DNA of 56,409 nucleotides, filler included, from Catajapyx aquilonaris (taxonomy: Eukaryota): assembly GCA_000934665.2 (NCBI GenBank). It is 4 parts of 4 records of this genome, joined end to end, with 100 filler letters (N's around TTAATTAATTAA, not from the genome) between each part and the next. Parts side by side here need not be neighbours in the genome. Positions count along the whole stretch, not along the records: positions 42,393 to 56,409 come from JYFJ02007913.1; 3 more parts are not named here. One strand, given 5' to 3'. A program made the position numbers and the translations under genes. The notes below the pieces were generated by a model that was not told the DNA's origin, ran no database searches, and saw nothing but the letters and a program-made list of their open reading frames with translations. Numbering within the stretch: position 1 is the first letter of the stretch; each line of letters begins with the position of its first letter. Below, in pieces: positions 49,116-56,409 of the stretch.

Positions 49116-49314
49116 GAAACTTAGAATCAGGTACAAATCGCATTCCATCCGAGGCGTCGGACCAGAATTCCCGCAGTGCCATGCGGTCTTTTTTAACAAC
49201 GTCGTTTACTATCTGAAAAGACAGGGCAAAAGCCGACCGGACAAACTTGCCGACAAGTGCTCCAAGGTTCCATTCCAGCCAACAAATCATGAGTATTGGG
49301 CAGGCGCGGTTCAG
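49116..49314 (+). CDS. Candidate internal coding exon of an unidentified gene
   Basis: T-rich acceptor (ttgttattgttgcag) and CAG|GTGGG donor bracket 199 nt open in one frame: KLRIRYKSHSIRGVGPEFPQCHAVFFNNVVYYLKRQGKSRPDKLADKCSKVPFQPTNHEYWAGAVQ. No family recognised. Confidence 0.3.
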
Positions 49315-49539
49315 GTGGGCCTAATAAATCCCTTTCCGCGCTCGGACCAACTACAAAACCGGGCTGCCGAATAAAAGAAGCACATGGCGGTGAGAATTAA
49401 CATCAAACCTTTCTCAAACCCTCGAATAAAAAATATGTATACAAGGGACAGTGGGTAAAAGTCCCCCCCCCCTAGTATTTTTGAAGAGGTTGGGCGGGTC
49501 CATATTTTGTGACCATCCGATGGATCCGATGAGAAATGG

Positions 49540-50090
49540 CAATTTCAGGAATTTCAGGAATTTTTTTGTTGAAACCAAATTCCGGATTATTTTGGTGTGG
49601 TTCCAATATTTTTTGTTCTGGGAAGTTGGATTAACGAGTGTTGCTTGGAGGGGTGACAATTTTCTCACAGTTCTGAAGGATTTTTCCTCCTTTTTGGGGA
49701 TGGGAAACTTCCCTTTTTCCAAAACCCGCATTGCCTTTTTCCAACAATGCCATTCTTCCTTTTTCTGCCGCTTTTGTCCCTCCTTCCGTTTGGAAACTGG
49801 TTCCCAAGCTTCTTCCAAGTGCTTCTTCTTCTTCGTCGGTGATGTGCCCCCCCCCCCTCTTCCTAAGAATCTCCTCTGTCGTTTCCTTTTTCCCTTCTTC
49901 GGAGGGGTATGCCTTCGTCGTTTGGTTGGAAGGGGTCCGAAGGGACCCCCATTCCAACGTACCCCGGTGGGAAAAACTGAGACGGATCTTTGGGTGTTTT
50001 TGTACCACCCGTGTTCCCAGACCCTGGAAAAGTTTATTTGACAGGCACGTCAAGATCTCTGAACTTTGCCAGTTTATGACGTACCAGACA
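49540..50090 (-). mobile_element. Possible heavily corrupted LINE reverse-transcriptase remnant
   Basis: Weak RT-like pieces (VRHKLAKFRDLDVP; ITDEEEEAL) in homopolymer-distorted sequence. Confidence 0.25.
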
Positions 50091-53000
50091 TTTTTAGTGT
50101 CGGATCAGTTATGCCTCGCGTTGGGTGCTTGGGAAAAAGAAAATTAAAGGTTGGTCCGGGGTCTTGGAGGGAAAATTGGGATGGTCTGACACCTCACTGG
50201 TCATATATTTGTGTGGCTCATGGCATATAATTTTCACTATTTTTTGTTTATACTGTACCGATTGTACCAATGATTGTACCAATATGCTTCTTCCGTTTGG
50301 TGTTGTGCGATGAGTCTACTGACCATCCCGTTTGAAGTTGTGCGATGAGTCCACTGACTGGTGACATCAGGTGTTAGTGGGAGTGGTCCTTGCAAAGCAG
50401 GAAAGTCTGAGAAAATCTGGGCCATAGAAAAGCAGAAAAATCCCGACCTAACTCAGAAGCTTTACCCACACCCAGTTTTCCCAAGGTGTCAATGAAGGGG
50501 GACATAGGGGAGGGGGTTCACTTTTCAACACCCCCCTTAGCCAGCAGGGGGGGTCACCTTCCTTTTCCTTGCTGCTTCCCTGGTGCGATTCACCTCGTAA
50601 ACAGGAGCGTTTTGGGAGCGGCAAAAAGTGTCGGTCAGGAATTCCTGAATGGATGATGGCACTCCCCTTGGCAAGCTAACTCATCCCTCAGGAGCAGAAA
50701 GGAAAAGGAAAACAGTTAGGGCCCAGCGTTCAATTGACCCCGCCCTGTCTCATTAATACGACGCATTTTCAATGTCATAATTAGGCCAATTATTATAACG
50801 GAACAGTTTAAGTCGTTTGACTGGTTAGAGCCATGTGAAGTTCCATGGACATGTTTATATCGCGCTTAATTAAATGTGGTGTTGTTTATTAGCGCATTAT
50901 GCGCTTTTAGGTGACGTTAAATAGTTTGGGACAGGAGTTATAAGTTCATGGACAAATGATTAGTTCCGTATTGTCACTTGCATGTTGATGGGGTGGACCT
51001 ATTATTTTGGACAGGATGCGGTGGAATGAGGCCAGCTTTTCTTTGTTATGTTGATTACGGTAATTAGAGCGCTTGTAAGTTACATTGGTTTTTGACTGAA
51101 CGATGGTAAAAAGCGAACTACAGCAGCGGGACTACCGTTAGAGCAATTGAATTCATAAATTAGAGAAGATCTTCAAAAAATCGTGACTGTGAGTCAGGGT
51201 TCAGAACAATGGTGGGTAATTTATAGAGGTGCCAAAAACTTGCTCTGATTTTTTAAAAGCGTCAACTTTGCAACCGATGCATTGTAAAAGCCACGTTTTT
51301 ATCATTAAAATGTCATGCCATGGAAATTCCTTCGAGACCCAAAACCCATAATTTTTCCCTCATTTTTTAGTGTGGTTAAAGAGTCAGTTACACAATATTC
51401 CAAAATATGGAAACTGGTTCCTTAAAAGATGTGTGGTTGTACCATGCTGGTGGGAGAAGGTGGTCCAAAAGTCCGGTTCGTGCTGTTTGGTTTTGCACGT
51501 AGCTATTCCGTCGGGCCGTTTTGGTGCGTGAGAAGACTCTCATAGCTGGCATTCCACGAAAAGCAAGTGCTCACGAGAGAGGTGGTCATAGCCCAGAGTA
51601 GCCTACCTGTGTGAAGGTCTGGGCCAAAAGGTGTGCGAGGGAAAAATCGTTTGGAAAAAGCCCCCCCTCTGCCCTCCTCTCTTTTTTTCTTTTTTGGAAT
51701 TGAGGGGGGGAGGTGTGTTTGGGTGCCCTCTCACCTCCGAGGGCATGGCACCCACCACTTTTATATTTGGGAAAGACCGCTCTGATTCTCCCATCTCCCA
51801 GGCCCTTCCTCAGCCCTACCTGATGATGAGACCCCCAGTATACAAAAGGTCCCGGCACAGGCTGGGGGGGGGGGGNGGGGGGGGGGGTGAAATATGAGCT
51901 TGAGAACATTGGCAACTAATTAAGCGCAGGATAGTCTACACTGTACGTGGGATAGGAAAAGGGGGGAGATTTTTCTGAGAATTTATTCTGGATCCAGATT
52001 TATGATGCACGAATTGTCGCTATCTTACAATACGAACGGCACCTGTAATAAATGTGACTCATTAAACATCACATATGATTATTATAATAAATTAGGAGAT
52101 GCACAAAAAATGTTTGTAATAATTATTATCATAATAATATTAATAATAATTCATTGTTTCATTATTCACGTATTTATTTATTCATGAGAGACGACGAAAT
52201 TCATAGAATTCCTGCGCAGAGAAACTAATGACACGGCGCAATAAAACTACCAAAGACCCGTATAGTTAGTCCAAGCTCGTTGAGAGTGATTTATAGACCC
52301 CGCTGGAAAAATTTGGGGCTAATTTGTGGGCAAAAGGAGAGGAGGAGGCAGGTGACCCATCGAGTAGGTCACCTGTTCTCAGCTGCCCAACTAGGAAGTC
52401 ATCAAAGGAAAGTGGCTAGTGAGAGAGGCTGGATGTGTAGTGTCCGACCTTCCCTTGGATGGCGGGCCGTGATTTTGATCCTATGGACTTGAAGAGGAGG
52501 TGGAGGAGGAGGCGAAATGGAATGAGGAAGAAAAGCCTTTAACATGAGGGGGGGATGGATGAGCAACCCTGCTGGTTTTTAAGCTGCTCACCAAATTGAA
52601 GCCACGGAGATGGGATGGATTAAACACGTTGCAACTTTTTTAAAAATAAAAAAATATATGAGTAAAAAATTTGTTGAGATACCTTCACGTTATGTTCAAA
52701 GTCTTAGTACGTCTGTGCCACTTTAAGTCGGAGATTAATAGCACTGAAGGCCTTGGGTTGCAATAGAACCAGGTCTATGGAAGATGGCAAAGGTGCCGGT
52801 TGTTGGTATGGCCACTGGCCAGAGAGAAAGTTGGGACTGCACACAGTTTATTGGAAGACGGGGGCAGAAGGAGGCCTTGACCTGCTGCCCTCGGGGTCCC
52901 GGATAGCTATTCTTCTCGCTTTTCTTCAGGCGCTTACCTGATGCCAAAAAGAAAATTTCCCGCATTCTTTCACATAAACCTCTCTTTGTCCTGATGCACG

Positions 53001-56000
53001 TGCTGTGGGAAATGGCTGCTGTCTACTATAGCACATATGTAGTCGTATATGATTTCATCCCTAGGATTGCAATGAGTGTATCAGAAACCGATCGTATCAA
53101 CCCAGTCAGCATAGAGTAAGACCTTGATCGGCGTGATGGTCTGTCGAAACCAGATGTGAAACATCAGATTTCACCGTCCTTCAACTTCGTCAGCCCCAGC
53201 CAGATTTTCATACTCAGCAGGTTGCGAGTAACCTACATTTTCCCTGTCCGGCGAAACCTGTGCGAGATGACGTACCCACACTTTCTCATTACCAAACGAT
53301 TACATTAATCGTCCAACAATAATAGCTACACTGGTATGGCGCCGTACCGGTACCTCGGTGTGGGAAACGCGGAAGTGCCAAATGTAGATGTGATATTGAA
53401 CGAGGTCTCAGTTTACATTTGTGACGGCCTTATTCTTGGAGTGTCCCTTTCTCCTCTAGACGCTGGGTCATTGCTTGGCTGGTCACGTGCGATGTCCACT
53501 TTGTCACCTTCCTGACGACCCATCTGCTCCGAGGAGTATATGCGAGTGTACTGCATAATACGGAATGGTCTGGGAAATAAGCAAATGGGATGGGAGTCTG
53601 GACAGGTTACATCTGGTGATGAGTGTGTAATGGGCAGTGTTAGGAGAGAAGAATGCTGAATGTGCATTCCGTTCTGGAATATATGGGATTCGTCTGTAAA
53701 ACCGTTGGGTCTTGTAAAGTCATGTAAACTGCTCATGAAAAAAAATTAACCGGTCGTCTGTAATGTCAGTTCATAGAAATGCCCAGCCGAATGATTCAAA
53801 GTGGAATATGTCACGGGGGCGAATACGCCGGGGGCGAAATGGCGGGGGCGAAAAGTCCTGGTACNTTCGTCCCCCGTACCTGTTGGCGGGCTTCGCCCTG
53901 TTTGCGCGCCTTCGACGCTGTAGGCAACGCCCGTTGGCACTTTATATTAACAAGTCAAGGATGACACTGCCACTTTTACATGTTTGTACTCCTGACCTGT
54001 ATTACAACATTCAATAATTCTTCACGTCACGACTCAGTCATTCCAGAAAATAAACATCCATCGTGAGGTCTGAAACGTAATAACCCAAAGATAACACGGG
54101 GATAATGACAGGGTGGGTTTTAGCTTACATGCTTTTAGCGGTGTTCCTATGTCCCAAATGATCGGTTCCATTAATTTCCCCGTCTTTCCCCGAAAATTTA
54201 ACCCAGGTCAGGAGAGGGGGATTCACACGAAAATCCAGGGTTCACTAATTAGGACCCCGGCTCTTCCAGACATACCGAGCCACATAGATCAATCCGGAAT
54301 AATACGGGACACTGCCAAAAAAAAATGGAGGGTTGAAATCCTTCAGACTGTGGGAATCTGTTCCGTTCCAAAAAAAAAATGTTTGTCCCTTTTCTTCCGT
54401 GACCTTCTTTCCTCTTTCATTTACCTTGCTGGAGTCCTTTAATTATCTCAACCCCAGAACTTTACCAAACTCTCCTCCTTTAGCGCCCATCTTCGGGAAC
54501 ACGAAGATCGTAATTTTATCCACGGTATTTCGACGAACATCAGCGCGTTGTGTTTCTTCCAGGAAGACTACCACTCCCACACCTATATTCAGGTATCTCT
54601 TAAACACCCTGTGATGTCGCCCCTAAAGGCTCGAATTTTAGGAAATATGTCAGTGAATTTTTCCGAATGTGAAATTCATACGAAACTATTTGGGTGGGCT
54701 TCTAGTAATATTTTTGGAACATTAGCTGTTAATTTTTGTCAGCCAGTTTTTTCAGCGCCAGATAGGATATGTCTTGCTTGGGACAAAAAATATGACTGAC
54801 TTTATTTTTTTTCTTACTGTGGGCGCCAAGTGCGGCCAGTTTCTCGTGTCGAGTAAATAAGGAATGAAGGACTCGTTTCCTCTCCGCCCCACAGAGACAG
54901 GGCTGTGGGAAAGCCGTCCCGGAGCCGGCCATTATCGAAATATTTCCCTCCGAAAATGAAAGTTCGTTTTTCCCTTTGCCCGCCCCCTCTGCTGTCCTCC
55001 CCACCCTGCCATCCCCATCGTGCCCTTCACATCATGCACCCCCACCGAGTCATCGTGACCTTTTCTCTCGTAATACATCCAGCCAAAGGTCACCCCCTCC
55101 TACTTTCCCAGAAACTTTGCTGCTTACAAGCCACCTTGTGAATTTTAAATCTGCCTGATACATAATTTATAATACACCCGATACAAGCATCGATAAAAAT
55201 AATGAGCCTGGCACATACTTACATTAGCAAGTATATGAACCTAGGATTATCCGGGTCATGGACTGCCCTGTATCTCATTGCACATGATTTACTCTTTTTT
55301 TGTAAGTTTTGAGATAAGGACCACCAGAAGCAGAAAAATAATAACTTTTTGTCATAACAAATGACGTTCGTGAGAAAAGGTGATAACTCACATGGGCTCA
55401 AAATTTGATCTTAACGCACTTTAACATAAGCTGACTCCAAATTCCTGGGAAAGGTTGTTGGAATTTTTCGCCTTCTTGTGTTCAGCCTAATGTTATTTTT
55501 TTGAAAAAATAAGCCTATAGGCATTTCCGGGCTTAGGACAAACCTAATGCACATAATGAAGATTAATGATGAATCAGTCCTGTAAATAAACAGGTTGTAC
55601 TCTGAATAGATCGGAGCAAAATGGTCAGTGCGGTTTTAGCCCAAAAATCTACCCCTTGTCCCAAGGCCAAATCGGGCTTTCGGCGGCTTTGAAAAAGGGG
55701 GCCGGACCTGTCTGTAGTCCGCACGAGCCTTACAAAAGACTTGACCCTCCCTTCTTCATTCTTCGCCCTCTAGGTAGGCCTATAGGTCCATCCGATCCTC
55801 ATCTGGCCCCAACCAAAAACCAGTGGTTTGAAAACGCTACGGGGAAATCTAGAGAGAAATCATCAGTGGTGATTACCAAATCGGACCATATAAAAAAATA
55901 TATAGGCCGCACCCAATCTCACACAGCAGAAGGCCAACAGCAGCCGAAAGGGCCACGTGGTGGAGGAATAGGTCTTCTGGCCTGTTGCGACCCCAACCAA

Positions 56001-56409
56001 AGGACAAGGCTGCTGGAATAATTGGGGCAAGAAGTGTCTGTAAAAGGCTATCTCCCACACACAAAAAATAGTCCCACACAATTTCAACACCTTAGAAGGA
56101 TTTTTTTTTAAACAAAATTTCTGATAGGATAATTTTAATATTCAGATGGTTAGGTTGGCAAACTTGGAGCGAGCCGCACATATTTTCTGCAAACCTCAGG
56201 AATGTTGATGATCAAGGACATAGGTTCAGGTCTTGAGCGGCGGAGATCTTATCTAGGCGGTACTGGTTCGACATGCAACTACTGGAAATTGAAACTGGTG
56301 TGACCATTCATTCATGTACTATTGACCGCAAAAGTAATGTCGCGACTGTTTATGTCCTTTTGTGTTTATGTGTTGGTAATCCTGGGCGCTGCCAGGTTAC
56401 GGACATGTT

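Noticed and set aside
48072..56090. Numerous 60-200-aa ORFs in segment 4
   Set aside because: Lys/Phe/Pro/Gly-biased translations arising from homopolymer-rich sequence, overlapping on both strands, with no recognisable domains.

Overview
This is eukaryotic (animal, most likely arthropod) genomic DNA, not prokaryotic. It is four ~14-kb segments joined by artificial 100-nt linkers (N44-TTAATTAATTAA-N44 at 14020-14119, 28136-28235, 42293-42392), so nothing should be inferred across the linkers. Segment 1 (1-14019) is a dense field of decayed transposons: hAT, Academ-like, a CACTA/EnSpm transposase split by a solo LTR, an I-group LINE 3' end, a fold-back mariner, a Kolobok/Mutator-like transposase followed by a spliced Myb/SANT gene, Harbinger and ISL2EU-like pieces. 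Segment 2 (14120-28135) is gene-dense with introns mostly of ~50-100 nt. It holds the 5' part of a probable CEP192/Spd-2 gene and a tandem cluster of seven divergent tetraspanins (six apparently coding, one pseudogene). Six of the seven carry an RFX X-box-like motif ~100-160 bp from the ATG, and one has a 6x36-bp repeat that adds six N-glycosylation sequons to its large extracellular loop. Segment 3 (28236-42292) has MITEs, a two-exon LRR gene with a BC-box-like N-terminus preceded by two dead copies of its own first exon, a pogo-like element and an RTE LINE end. Segment 4 (42393-56409) is largely non-coding, with homopolymer-distorted patches and at most one or two orphan exons. The most promising candidate for an undescribed system is the putatively RFX-co-regulated, rapidly diversifying tetraspanin array. 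All family assignments are motif recognition by eye; no database searches were run.
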